DNA from: Ranitomeya imitator
Lineage: Eukaryota
Length of the DNA: 64,000 bases
NCBI RefSeq assembly: GCF_032444005.1
Contig: NC_091290.1
Span: forward strand, 153,822,001-153,886,000
Reading direction: 5' to 3'
Part shown: positions 37,701 through 49,584 of the stretch, piece by piece
How the letters are laid out: the number at the start of each line of letters is the position of its first letter
Position numbering within the stretch: the stretch's first letter is position 1
The notes under the pieces: model-generated
The model's database searches: none
The model's input: only the letters and a program-made list of their open reading frames with translations
Told to the model about the DNA's origin: nothing
Translations under genes and position numbers: made by a program

Positions 37701-40583
37701 GGAATCCAGTAAGATTCAAGCAATCCTGGATTGGCCGGTGCCTAAGAACTTTAAGGAGGTTAAACACTTTATCAGCTTTGCAAATTTTTATAGACGTTTC
37801 ATAATAAATTTTTCAGAGATTGTCCGTCACATCACTTCTCTGACTAAGAAGGAGAGATCCTTTAAGTGGTCTTCACAGGCTCTGGAGGCTTTTGATCGGC
37901 TTAAGTCTTGTTTACCTCAGCTCCACTTTTGATTCATCCAGACCCAGCACTGCCTTTCATCGTGGAGGTGGACGCTTCTGATTGGGCACTGGGAGCCATT
38001 CTCTGTCCGAGAACTGGAGAGAAGGCTCTATTACATCCTTGTGCTTTCTTTTCTCGTAGACTTACCCCTGCAGAAAGGAACTACGACGAGGGAGATAAGG
38101 AACTCCTAGCGATTATTGCAGCCTTTAAGGAATGGAGACACCATCTGCAAGGGGCCGCACAACAGATCGTAGTGCTCACCGATCATCGCAATTTAGAGTT
38201 CCTCGGATCTGCTAAATGTCTGTCTCCACGTCAGGCTCGGTGGAATTTATTTTTAAACCAATTTAACTTTATTATTTCGTACCGTCCAGGTTCACGTAAT
38301 GGGAAGGCTGATGCTTTGTCCCAAATCCATTCTGCGGATTCCGTACCTGGAGCCCCGTTCAAGACCATTCTTTCGGATGCCAACTTCATCGGAGTAATCC
38401 ATGATTCAGATCTATGGACAAGGATCAAGGAGGCCTATGATGGTGATGTATTTCTTGCTAACCCGCCTGTGGATATCAATCTTGCCCTTAAGGGAGGCTT
38501 GTGGTTCCGTGACCGACGCATCTACATTCCTGAGGCCGTACGTCTGCAGATCCTCAAGTTCGTACATGACTCCAAGTTGGCTGGTCATAGGGGGGTATAG
38601 AAGACACAAGAATTCCTGAGCCTATTTTTCTGGTGGCCAACTTGCCTGAAGGATACTAAGGACTATGTGCTCTCTTGTGAGGTATGTGCTCGTTATAAGA
38701 CTCCTCGAGCTTCTCCTACGGGTCTACTTCAACCACTACTTATTCCATCTCACCCATGGGGCTCAATCTCTATGGATTTCATTGTGGATCTTCCTGCTTC
38801 TGGTGGCATGAACACGATTCTAGTGGTAGTTGATCGTCTGACTAAGGCTGCTCATTTTGTTCCTTGTGCCGGCCTCCCCTCAGCTAAACAGACTGTAAAC
38901 TTATTAATACAGAATGTTTCGGCTGCATGGGGTCCCAGATGAAGTTATTTCTGACCGTGGAGTACATTTTACTTCAAAATTCTGGAAGAGGTTTTGTTCT
39001 GCGCTTAATATTGATGTTCGTCTTTCTTCCGCATATCACCCTCAGACGAATGGTTCGCTTGGACTGACCAATCAGACTCTGGTGCAATATCTACGATGCT
39101 ATGTCTGCCATCTTCAGGATGACTGGTTGGAACTGCTTCCTTTAGCGAAATTCTCCTACAATAATTCTCAGAATGCCTCCACTATGGTAACGCCTTTCTT
39201 CGCTAATCTAGGTTATCACCCAAGCATCTTTCCTAGATCTCCAATGGATGTTCCAGTTCCGGCAGTGGAGGAGAGATTGACTGGTTTGAGGGAAAATCTA
39301 GAAGTCCTTAAGGATTCCTTAACTTCAGCTCAGGAACGTTACAAGAGGTCGGCGGATATATTCCAAAAGCCGGCGCCCATGTTCAAGGTAGGAGATTCAG
39401 TATGGTTATCTACTAAGGATCTAAGACTGAACGTTCCTTCACAGAAACTGGGACAGAAGTTGATCGGTCCTTTCAAGATCAACGGTATCGTGAGTTCTGT
39501 GGCCTGCCATCTAAAGCTACCAAAGACTATGAAGGTACACCCAGTATTTCACGTCTCTCTATTGAAGCCTGTTTCTCCCAATAGCTTTCAGGGACGCATT
39601 GTGCCCCCTCCACGACCCATACTGGTTGATGGGCAAGAACAATTCTTGGTAGAGGAAATCATTGATTCAAAGATCCACAGAAATCGTCTTCAGTATCTTA
39701 TAAGATGGCAGGGATATCCACCTGAGGAAGACTCTTGGGAACCCGTTGCCAACATCTGTGCTCCACAGATTACTCAGTTCCATCAGAGACACCCAGAGAA
39801 ACCAGGCCCGGGATCGTCCTGAGGCTGCTGTTAAGGGGGAGTAATGTAAGGACTCTGGATTCCTTGTTTATCTGTGGTGTTTTATTGCCATTTTCCAAGA
39901 TGGCATCTGCTGCCTCAAATCTGCTCATGTGATCTGACTTCCCTGTCTTTATAAGCCTGGCTTGCTTCATACTCCTTGCTTGTGTATTCTGCCTGAATCC
40001 CTGGCTTGTGCTGCAAGAGACTTCCCCTCTCCAGATACTCCGGCTCCGCCTATTCAGCTAACCTTCTCTGCTGTCAGAGGTTCTCCTGCATTACTCTGCA
40101 TTCTTCTCCTGCCTGCTGGGACAAGTAAGCTCATCCTGCTACAGCTAAGCTTGTTTGATTTCTGCTGGATTATTTGACTGTTTCTGGACTCGAAGCTCTG
40201 CACTGCTTTTGAACTCTTTGCTAATACTGCCAGACCTGGTATGAACTGTGTCTTATGATCATCATTTCCTCAGAAAGTGCTACACCCATAAGAATTTGCC
40301 TGCAGTAAAGCTGCAAACTATTCCTAAGAAGGACCGAGTTTGCCGTCCACTTGAACTGTTGTGCACATGCTGCACCCACGTTTGTGTGTTTGAATAGTGA
40401 CTTTGCCTGCAGCCGAGCTGCAAGGAACATATCCTGATTTCACCTTATTTGCTGTGTATTGAACTTGCTCACACTTTGCACCAGTGTTTGTTTTGAATAA
40501 TAAAGACTTATCACTATACTTGGTTCTGCTGCTTATTTGTCTCAAGCCAAGAGATTCCTGAGTGTTCCACTATAATTGTTACA
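34734..40583 (+). mobile_element. Full-length but inactivated Ty3/Gypsy chromovirus-type LTR retrotransposon
   Basis: 5' LTR 34734-35391 and 3' LTR 39845-40583 (TG...CA); PPT TTAAGGGGGAGTAA; TSD CCCAC/CTCAC. gag with CFYCGQPDHFLINC knuckle, protease MIDSGA, RT (YLND), RNase H, integrase and chromodomain (YLIRWQGYPPEEDSWEP), with stops and frameshifts. Confidence 0.96.
35427..39822 (+). pseudogene. Disrupted gag-pol of the Gypsy element
   Basis: ORF fragments 35879-36559, 36685-37932, 37908-38600, 38667-38942 and 38914-39822 lie in different frames; in-frame stops in gag. Confidence 0.9.
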
Positions 40584-40779
40584 CTCACTATATTATTGCA
40601 CTGGGAACCTCTGGAAAAATCCGCAAAAAAAACACCAAAAACGCGGTAAAAACGCATGCGGACTTCTTGCTGAAAATGTCCTGTTTTGCTCAGGAAATTT
40701 CTGCAAGAAATCCTGAACGTGTGCACATAGCCTTACACTGATACCTGCTGATGAAGTCTGCTTTGTGGAATCTGGATTC

Positions 40780-43700
40780 AGGGGCCGCACACGCCCTGTC
40801 TGTCGGGGGCCGCACACGCCCTGTCTGTCTGGGGCCGCACACCCTGTCTGTCGGGGGCCGCACACGCCCTGTCTGTCGGGGGCCACACGCCCTGTCTGTC
40901 GGGGCCGCACGCCCTGTCTGTCGGGGCCGCACGCCCTGTCTGTCTGGGGCCGCACACGCCCTGTCTGTCGGGGGCCGCACACGCCCTGTCTGTCGGGGGC
41001 CGCACACGCCCTGTCTGTCGGGGGCCGCACACGCCCTGTCTGTCGGGGGCCGCACACGCCCTGTCTGTCGGGGGCCGCACACGCCCTGTCTGTCGGGGGC
41101 CGCACACGCCCTGTCTGTCGGGGGCCGCACACGCCCTGTCTGTCGGGGGCCGCACACGCCCTGTCTGTCGGGGGCCGCACACGCCCTGTCTGTCGGGGGC
41201 CGCACACGCCCTGTCTGTCGGGGGCCGCACACGCCCTGTCTGTCGGGGGCCGCACACGCCCTGTCTGTCGGGGGCCGCACACGCCCTGTCTGTCGGGGGC
41301 CGCACACGCCCTGTCTGTCGGGGGCCGCACACGCCCTGTCTGTCGGGGGCCGCACACGCCCTGTCTGTCGGGGGCCGCACACGCCCTGTCTGTCGGGGGC
41401 CGCACACGCCCTGTCTGTCGGGGGCCGCACGCCCTGTCTGTCGGGGCCGCACGCCCTGTCTGTCTGGGGCCGCACGCCCTGTCTGTCTGGGGCCGCACGC
41501 CCTGTCTGTCTGGGGTCGCACGCCCTGTCTGTCTGGGGCCGCACGCCCTGTCTGTCGGGGGTCGCACGCCCTGTCTGTCGGGGGTCGCACGCCCTGTCTG
41601 TCGGGGGTCGCACGCCCTGTCTGGGGTCGCACGCCCTGTCTGTCGGGGGTCGCACGCCCTGTCTGTCGGGGGCCGCACGCCCTGTCTGTCTGGGGCCGCA
41701 CGCCCTGTCTGTCTGGGGCCGCACGCCCTGTCTGTCGGGGGTCGCACGCCCTGTCTGTCGGGGGTCGCACGCCCTGTCTGTCTGGGGCCGCACGCCCTGT
41801 CTGTCTGGGGCCGCACGCCCTGTCTGTCTGGGGCCGCACGCCCTGTCTGTCTGGGGCCGCACGCCCTGTCTGTCTGGGGCCGCACGCCCTGTCTGTCTGG
41901 GGTCGCACGCCCTGTCTGTCGGGGGTCGCACGCCCTGTCTGTCGGGGGTCGCACGCCCTGTCTGTCGGGGGTCGCACGCCCTGTCTGTCTGGGGCCGCAC
42001 GCCCTGTCTGTCTGGGGCCGCACGCCCTGTCTGTCGGGGGTCGCACGCCCTGTCTGTCGGGGGTCGCACGCCCTGTCTGTCGGGGGTCGCACGCCCTGTC
42101 TGTCGGGGGTCGCACGCCCTGTCTGTCTGGGGCCGCACGCCCTGTCTGTCGGGGGTCGCACGCCCTGTCTGTCTGGGGTCGCACGCCCTGTCTGTCGGGG
42201 GTCGCACGCCCTGTCTGTCGGGGGTCGCACGCCCTGTCTGTCTGGGGCCGCACGCCCTGTCTGTCTGGGGCCGCACGCCCTGTCTGTCTGGGGCCGCACG
42301 CCCTGTCTGTCGGGGGCCGCACACCCTGTCTGTCGGGGCCGCACACCCTGTCTGTCGGGGGCCGCACACGCCCTGCCTGTCTGTCTAGGGCCGCACGCCC
42401 TGTCTGTCGGGGGTCGCACACCCTGTCTGTCGGGGGCCGCACACGCCCTGCCTGTCTGTCTAGGGCCGCACGCCCTGTCTGTCGGGGGCCGCACACGCCC
42501 TGTCTGTCGGGGGTCGCACGCCCTGTCTGTCGGGGCCGCACGCCCTGTCTGTCGGGGCCGCACACGCCCTGTCTGTCGGGGGTCGCACGCCCTGTCTGTC
42601 GGGGGTCGCACGCCCTGTCTGTCGGGGGTCGCACGCCCTGTCTGTCTGGGGCCGCACGCCCTGTCTGTCTGGGGCCGCACGCCCTGTCTGTCTGGGGCCG
42701 CACGCCCTGTCTGTCGGGGGTCGCACGCCCTGTCTGTCTGGGGCCGCACGCCCTGTCTGTCGGGGGTCGCACGCCCTGTCTGTCTGGGGCCGCACGCCCT
42801 GTCTGTCGGGGGTCGCACGCCCTGTCTGTCGGGGGTCGCACGCCCTGTCTGTCTGGGGCCGCACGCCCTGTCTGTCTGGGGCCGCACGCCCTGTCTGTCT
42901 GGGGCCGCACGCCCTGTCTGTCTGGGGCCGCACGCCCTGTCTGTCTGGGGCCGCACGCCCTGTCTGTCTGGGGTCGCACGCCCTGTCTGTCGGGGGTCGC
43001 ACGCCCTGTCTGTCGGGGGTCGCACGCCCTGTCTGTCGGGGGTCGCACGCCCTGTCTGTCTGGGGCCGCACGCCCTGTCTGTCTGGGGCCGCACGCCCTG
43101 TCTGTCGGGGGTCGCACGCCCTGTCTGTCGGGGGTCGCACGCCCTGTCTGTCGGGGGTCGCACGCCCTGTCTGTCGGGGGTCGCACGCCCTGTCTGTCTG
43201 GGGCCGCACGCCCTGTCTGTCGGGGGTCGCACGCCCTGTCTGTCTGGGGTCGCACGCCCTGTCTGTCGGGGGTCGCACGCCCTGTCTGTCGGGGGTCGCA
43301 CGCCCTGTCTGTCTGGGGCCGCACGCCCTGTCTGTCTGGGGCCGCACGCCCTGTCTGTCTGGGGCCGCACGCCCTGTCTGTCGGGGGCCGCACACCCTGT
43401 CTGTCGGGGCCGCACACCCTGTCTGTCGGGGGCCGCACACGCCCTGCCTGTCTGTCTAGGGCCGCACGCCCTGTCTGTCGGGGGTCGCACACCCTGTCTG
43501 TCGGGGGCCGCACACGCCCTGCCTGTCTGTCTAGGGCCGCACGCCCTGTCTGTCGGGGGCCGCACACGCCCTGTCTGTCGGGGGTCGCACGCCCTGTCTG
43601 TCGGGGCCGCACGCCCTGTCTGTCGGGGCCGCACACGCCCTGTCTGTCGGGGGTCGCACGCCCTGTCTGTCGGGGGTCGCACGCCCTGTCTGTCGGGGGT

Positions 43701-46462
43701 CGCACGCCCTGTCTGTCTGGGGCCGCACGCCCTGTCTGTCTGGGGCCGCACGCCCTGTCTGTCTGGGGCCGCACGCCCTGTCTGTCGGGGGTCGCACGCC
43801 CTGTCTGTCTGGGGCCGCACGCCCTGTCTGTCGGGGGTCGCACGCCCTGTCTGTCTGGGGTCGCACGCCCTGTCTGTCTGGGGCCGCACGCCCTGTCTGT
43901 CCGGGGACGCACGCCCTGTCTGTCGGGGGTCGCACGCCCTGTCTGTCGGGGGTCGCACGCCCTGTCTGTCTGGGGCCGCACGCCCTGTCTGTCGGGGGCC
44001 GCACGCCCTGTCTGTCTGGGGTCGCACGCCCTGTCTGTCTGGGGCCGCACGCCCTGTCTGTCTGGGGCTGCACGCCCTGTCTGTCGGGGGTCGCACGCCC
44101 TGTCTGTCGGGGGTCGCACGCCCTGTCTGGGGTCGCACGCCCTGTCTGTCTGGGGCCGCACGCCCTGTCTGTCGGGGGTCGCACGCCCTGTCTGTCGGGG
44201 GTCGCACGCCCTGTCTGTCGGGGGTCGCACGCCCTGTCTGTCTGGGGCCGCACGCCCTGTCTGTCGGGTGTCGCACGCCCTGTCTGTCTGGGGTCGCACG
44301 CCCTGTCTGTCGGGGGTCGCACGCCCTGTCTGTCGGGGGTCGCACGCCCTGTCTGTCTGGGGCCGCACGCCCTGTCTGTCGGGGGTCGCACGCCCTGTCT
44401 GTCTGGGGCCGCACGCCCTGTCTGTCGGGGGTCGCACGCCCTGTCTGTCTGGGGCCGCACGCCCTGTCTGTCTGGGGTCGCACGCCCTGTCTGTCTGGGG
44501 CCGCACGCCCTGTCTGTCTGGGGCCGCACGCCCTGTCTGTCGGGGGTCGCACGCCCTGTCTGTCGGGGGTCGCACGCCCTGTCTGTCTGGGGTCGCACGC
44601 CCTGTCTGTCTGGGGCCGCACGCCCTGTCTGTCGGGGGTCGCACGCCCTGTCTGTCGGGGGTCGCACGCCCTGTCTGTCGGGGGTCGCACGCCCTGTCTG
44701 TCGGGGGTCGCACGCCCTGTCTGTCTGGGGCCGCACGCCCTGACTGTCGGGGGTCGCACGCCCTGTCTGTCTGGGGTCGCACGCCCTGTCTCTCGGGGGT
44801 CGCACGCCCTGTCTGTCGGGGGTCGCACGCCCTGTCTGTCTGGGGTCGCACGCCCTGTCTGTCGGGGGTCGCACGCCCTGTCTGTCGGGGGTCGCACGCC
44901 CTGTCTGTCTGGGGCCGCACGCCCTGTCTGTCGGGGGTCGCACGCCCTGTCTGTCTGGGGTCGCACGCCCTGTCTGTCTGGGGCCGCACGCCCTGTCTGT
45001 CGGGGGTCGCACGCCCTGTCTGTCGGGGGTCGCACGCCCTGTCTGTCTGGGGTCGCACGCCCTGTCTGTCGGGGGTCGCACGCCCTGTCTGTCGGGGGTC
45101 GCACGCCCTGTCTGTCGGGGGTCGCACGCCCTGTCTGTCGGGGGTCGCACGCCCTGTCTGTCTGGGGCCGCACGCCCTGTCTGTCGGGGGCCGCACGCCC
45201 TGTCTGTCGGGGGTCGCACGCCCTGTCTGTCGGGGGTCGCACGCCCTGTCTGTCGGGGGTCGCACGCCCTGTCTGTCTGGGGCCCCACGCCCTGTCTGTC
45301 GGGGGTCGCACGCCCTGTCTGTCTGGGGCCGCACGCCCTGTCTGTCGGGGGTCGCACGCCCTGTCTGTCTGGGGTCGCACGCCCTGTCTGTCGGGGGTCG
45401 CACGCCCTGTCTGTCGGGGGTCGCACGCCCTGTCTGTCGGGGGTCGCACGCCCTGTCTGTCGGGGGTCGCACGCCCTGTCTGTCGGGGGTCGCACGCCCT
45501 GTCTGTCGGGGGTCGCACGCCCTGTCTGTCGGGGGTCGCACGCCCTGTCTGTCGGGGGTCGCACGCCCTGTCTGTCTGGGGCCGCACGCCCTGTCTGTCT
45601 GGGGCCGCACGCCCTGTCTGTCTGGGGTCGCACGCCCTGTCTGTCTGGGGCCGCACGCCCTGTCTGTCGGGGGTCGCACGCCCTGTCTGTCTGGGGCCGC
45701 ACGCCCTGTCTGTCGGGGGTCGCACGCCCTGTCTGTCTGGGGCCGCACGCCCTGTCTGTCGGGGGTCGCACGCCCTGTCTGTCGGGGGTCGCACGCCCTG
45801 TCTGTCGGGGGTCGCACGCCCTGTCTGTCGGGGGTCGCACGCCCTGTCTGTCGGGGGTCGCACGCCCTGTCTGTCTGGGGCCGCACGCCCTGTCTGTCGG
45901 GGGTCGCACGCCCTGTCTGTCGGGGGCCGCACGCCCTGTCTGTCGGGGGTCGCACGCCCTGTCTGTCGGGGGTCGCACGCCCTGTCTGTCGGGGGTCGCA
46001 CGCCCTGTCTGTCTGGGGCCGCACGCCCTGTCTGTCGGGGGTCGCACGCCCTGTCTGTCGGGGGTCGCACGCCCTGTCTGTCGGGGGTCGCACGCCCTGT
46101 CTGTCGGGGGTCGCACGCCCTGTCTGTCTGGGGTCGCACGCCCTGTCTGTCGGGGGTCGCACGCCCTGTCTGTCGGGGGTCGCACGCCCTGTCTGTCGGG
46201 GGTCGCACGCCCTGTCTGTCTGGGGCCGCACGCCCTGTCTGTCGGGGGTCGCACGCCCTGTCTGTCGGGGGTCGCACGCCCTGTCTGTCGGGGGTCGCAC
46301 GCCCTGTCTGTCGGGGGTCGCACGCCCTGTCTGTCTGGGGCCGCACGCCCTGTCTGTCGGGGGTCGCACGCCCTGTCTGTCGGGGGTCGCACGCCCTGTC
46401 TGTCGGGGGTCGCACGCCCTGTCTGTCTGGGGCCGCACGCCCTGTCTGTCAGGGGCCGCACG
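40780..46462. repeat. About 22-25-bp GC-rich minisatellite, about 5.7 kb
   Basis: Unit GCACGCCCTGTCTGTC(G/T)GGGG(G/C)(T/C)C; includes a 1071-bp block duplication (marker CCCTGCCTGT at 42371 and 43442). Confidence 0.98.
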
Positions 46463-46479
46463 CGTCCCAGTCACACACC

Positions 46480-46699
46480 GCGGCAGATGAATTTCCCGCT
46501 CAGACCCTGCGGTCACGTGACAGACTCCTCTTCTGCAATGATTGACAGCAGCTATACATGTACAAAGCTGGCCGCTCACTTCCGGTAGTTGCCCTGGTAA
46601 CAGGTCCGCCTCATCGGACGTGACGGTGAGGTTTTCCAATCAGCTCGGACCGGCAGCAGCGGGCGGAGCGCTGGCGGTTGGCGGGGAGAATGACCTAAG
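46480..46699 (+). promoter_or_regulatory. Putative RFWD3 promoter and non-coding exon 1
   Basis: E2F-type TTTCCCGC 46492-46499, ETS ACTTCCGG 46578-46585, CCAAT 46636-46640; CpG-rich unique island between two arrays; donor AAG|GTGAGA at 46700. Confidence 0.6.
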
Positions 46700-47016
46700 G
46701 TGAGAGGATTTGGTGGCGGCCTCCGTGCCGAGGATTCTGGCCGTGCACCTGCGGTAGGTACCGCTGAGGGCTCAGGTCACTGCAGTGCCAGACGAGTCCC
46801 TGTGATGGTTCCCCCCATGCTGCAGTGGTTTGGCTCTATCCTGTATTGGCATGTTCCATTCTGTACTGAAAATGGGGAGCGGAGAAAAACGCAGAACATT
46901 CTAGTGTCGGCGGGATGTACCACATCATGAAGCGGGAGAGCTTGTGTCATGTGACCAGCCCCCCATATACATCCCCGAAATGTCCCCCAAGCATGAGGAC
47001 CCCCGCGCATGCACTG

Positions 47017-48852
47017 CGGCCGCGCATCTCCCTCCCCCGCGCATGTACTGGGGCGTCGCATCTCCCTCCCCCGCGCATGTACTGGGGCGTCGCATCTCCC
47101 TCCCCCGCGCATGTACTGGGGCGTCGCATCTCCCTCCCCCGCGCATGTACTGGGGCGTCGCATCTCCCTCCCCCGCGCATGTACTGGGGCGTCGCATCTC
47201 CCTCCCCCGCGCATGTACTGGGGCGTCGCATCTCCCTCCCCCGCGCATGTACTGGGGCGTCGCATCTCCCTCCCCCGCGCATGTACTGGGGCGTCGCATC
47301 TCCCTCCCCCGCGCATGTACTGGGGCGTCGCATCTCCCTCCCCCGCGCATGTACTGGGGCGTCGCATCTCCCTCCCCCGCGCATGTACTGGGGCGTCGCA
47401 TCTCCCTCCCCCGCGCATGTACTGGGGCGTCGCATCTCCCTCCCCCGCGCATGTACTGGGGCGTCGCATCTCCCTCCCCCGCGCATGTACTGGGGCGTCG
47501 CATCTCCCTCCCCCGCGCATGTACTGGGGCGTCGCATCTCCCTCCCCCGCGCATGTACTGGGGCGTCGCATCTCCCTCCCCCGCGCATGTACTGGGGCGT
47601 CGCATCTCCCTCCCCCGCGCATGTACTGGGGCGTCGCATCTCCCTCCCCCGCGCATGTACTGGGGCGTCGCATCTCCCTCCCCCGCGCATGTACTGGGGC
47701 GTCGCATCTCCCTCCCCCGCGCATGTACTGGGGCGTCGCATCTCCCTCCCCCGCGCATGTACTGGGGCGTCGCATCTCCCTCCCCCGCGCATGTACTGGG
47801 GCGTCGCATCTCCCTCCCCCGCGCATGTACTGGGGCGTCGCATCTCCCTCCCCCGCGCATGTACTGGGGCGTCGCATCTCCCTCCCCCGCGCATGTACTG
47901 GGGCGTCGCATCTCCCTCCCCCGCGCATGTACTGGGGCGTCGCATCTCCCTCCCCCGCGCATGTACTGGGGCGTCGCATCTCCCTCCCCCGCGCATGTAC
48001 TGGGGCGTCGCATCTCCCTCCCCCGCGCATGTACTGGGGCGTCGCATCTCCCTCCCCCGCGCATGTACTGGGGCGTCGCATCTCCCTCCCCCGCGCATGT
48101 ACTGGGGCGTCGCATCTCCCTCCCCCGCGCATGTACTGGGGCGTCGCATCTCCCTCCCCCGCGCATGTACTGGGGCGTCGCATCTCCCTCCCCCGCGCAT
48201 GTACTGGGGCGTCGCATCTCCCTCCCCCGCGCATGTACTGGGGCGTCGCATCTCCCTCCCCCGCGCATGTACTGGGGCGTCGCATCTCCCTCCCCCGCGC
48301 ATGTACTGGGGCGTCGCATCTCCCTCCCCCGCGCATGTACTGGGGCGTCGCATCTCCCTCCCCCGCGCATGTACTGGGGCGTCGCATCTCCCTCCCCCGC
48401 GCATGTACTGGGGCGTCGCATCTCCCTCCCCCGCGCATGTACTGGGGCGTCGCATCTCCCTCCCCCGCGCATGTACTGGGGCGTCGCATCTCCCTCCCCC
48501 GCGCATGTACTGGGGCGTCGCATCTCCCTCCCCCGCGCATGTACTGGGGCGTCGCATCTCCCTCCCCCGCGCATGTACTGGGGCGTCGCATCTCCCTCCC
48601 CCGCGCATGTACTGGGGCGTCGCATCTCCCTCCCCCGCGCATGTACTGGGGCGTCGCATCTCCCTCCCCCGCGCATGTACTGGGGCGTCGCATCTCCCTC
48701 CCCCGCGCATGTACTGGGGCGTCGCATCTCCCTCCCCCGCGCATGTACTGGGGCGTCGCATCTCCCTCCCCCGCGCATGTACTGGGGCGTCGCATCTCCC
48801 TCCCCCGCGCATGTACTGGGGCGTCGCATCTCCCTCCCCCGCGCATGTACTG
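47017..48852. repeat. 34-bp minisatellite, about 54 apparently identical copies, in RFWD3 intron 1
   Basis: Unit GCATGTACTGGGGCGTCGCATCTCCCTCCCCCGC; invariant 34-aa period in the ORF track. Confidence 0.98.
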
Positions 48853-48979
48853 CAGCCGCACGCATCACCCCATCCCTCTATATAGTGTCTATCCCTTGTA
48901 TATACTGCTGCCATGGATCATGCCGTGTATATCGCCTGTCAGTTTGTGTCCCCCTTTTCCTGGGACAGGCCCCCTCACC

Positions 48980-49165
48980 GTGTGGCGCCGCCTCCTGTCC
49001 CCCTCTCGCCGCGTGTTTGTGGCGCCGCCTCTTGTCCCCCCTCGCCGCGTGTTTGTGGCGCCGCCTCTTGTCCCCCCTCGCCGCGTGTTTGTGGCGCCGC
49101 CTCTTGTCCCCCCTCGCCGCGTGTTTGTGGCGCCGCCTCCTGTCCCCCCCCCCCCCACGTGTTTG
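48980..49165. repeat. 36-bp tandem repeat, about 5 copies, just upstream of the RFWD3 ATG exon
   Basis: Unit GTGGCGCCGCCTCTTGTCCCCCCTCGCCGCGTGTTT. Confidence 0.85.
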
Positions 49166-49234
49166 TGGCTCCTTTCTCTCCAGCTGACTACCTTTCCTGT
49201 ATTTCTCGCTCCTGTGTCTTCCGCAGGCCTGACA

Positions 49235-49584
49235 ATGGCGCAGGAGGAGATGGACGTGGATCTTTCTGGGGGAAGCTTCCTCCCGGAGCCGCCCTTGTTT
49301 TCTCGCATCGCCCTGGATCCGTCACTGGTGTTCAGCAACGTTCCCGGACAGAGAGCAGTGGATCGGAGCGCGGAGGCCGGCGGTGCGGACAGGCAGGGCG
49401 TCACCAGGCCCATCTACTCTCCCTCGCTGTCTCACACTTCCAGTGCGCTGCACATGCTGCAGGGGGCGCTAGAGCAGCTGCGCCAGGCAGCAGAGCATCG
49501 CTCCGCCACACAGCAGACACGAGCCCGCAGGACGAGTGCACGGAGCCGCCAGCGGGCGTCCTCGCAGCGTGTTGGCGGCATGCG
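49235..49584 (+). CDS. RFWD3: RFWD3 first coding exon ([10 protein letters not shown]...)
   Basis: Acceptor CAG ends 49226; ATG 49235; donor GTAGGT 49585. Confidence 0.8.

Larger units (their letters stand above)
34553..40732. mobile_element. Harbinger-type MITE split by the Gypsy insertion (halves 34553-34733 and 40584-40732)
   Basis: TIRs GGCT(G/A)TGTGCACACGTT at both ends; TTA on both flanks. Confidence 0.8.

Noticed and set aside
35427-39822. Possible domesticated Gypsy-derived gene (PEG10/RTL-like)
   Set aside because: Both LTRs, PPT and TSD are present, and the ORFs carry multiple stops, frameshifts and a mutated RT active site: a decaying transposon.
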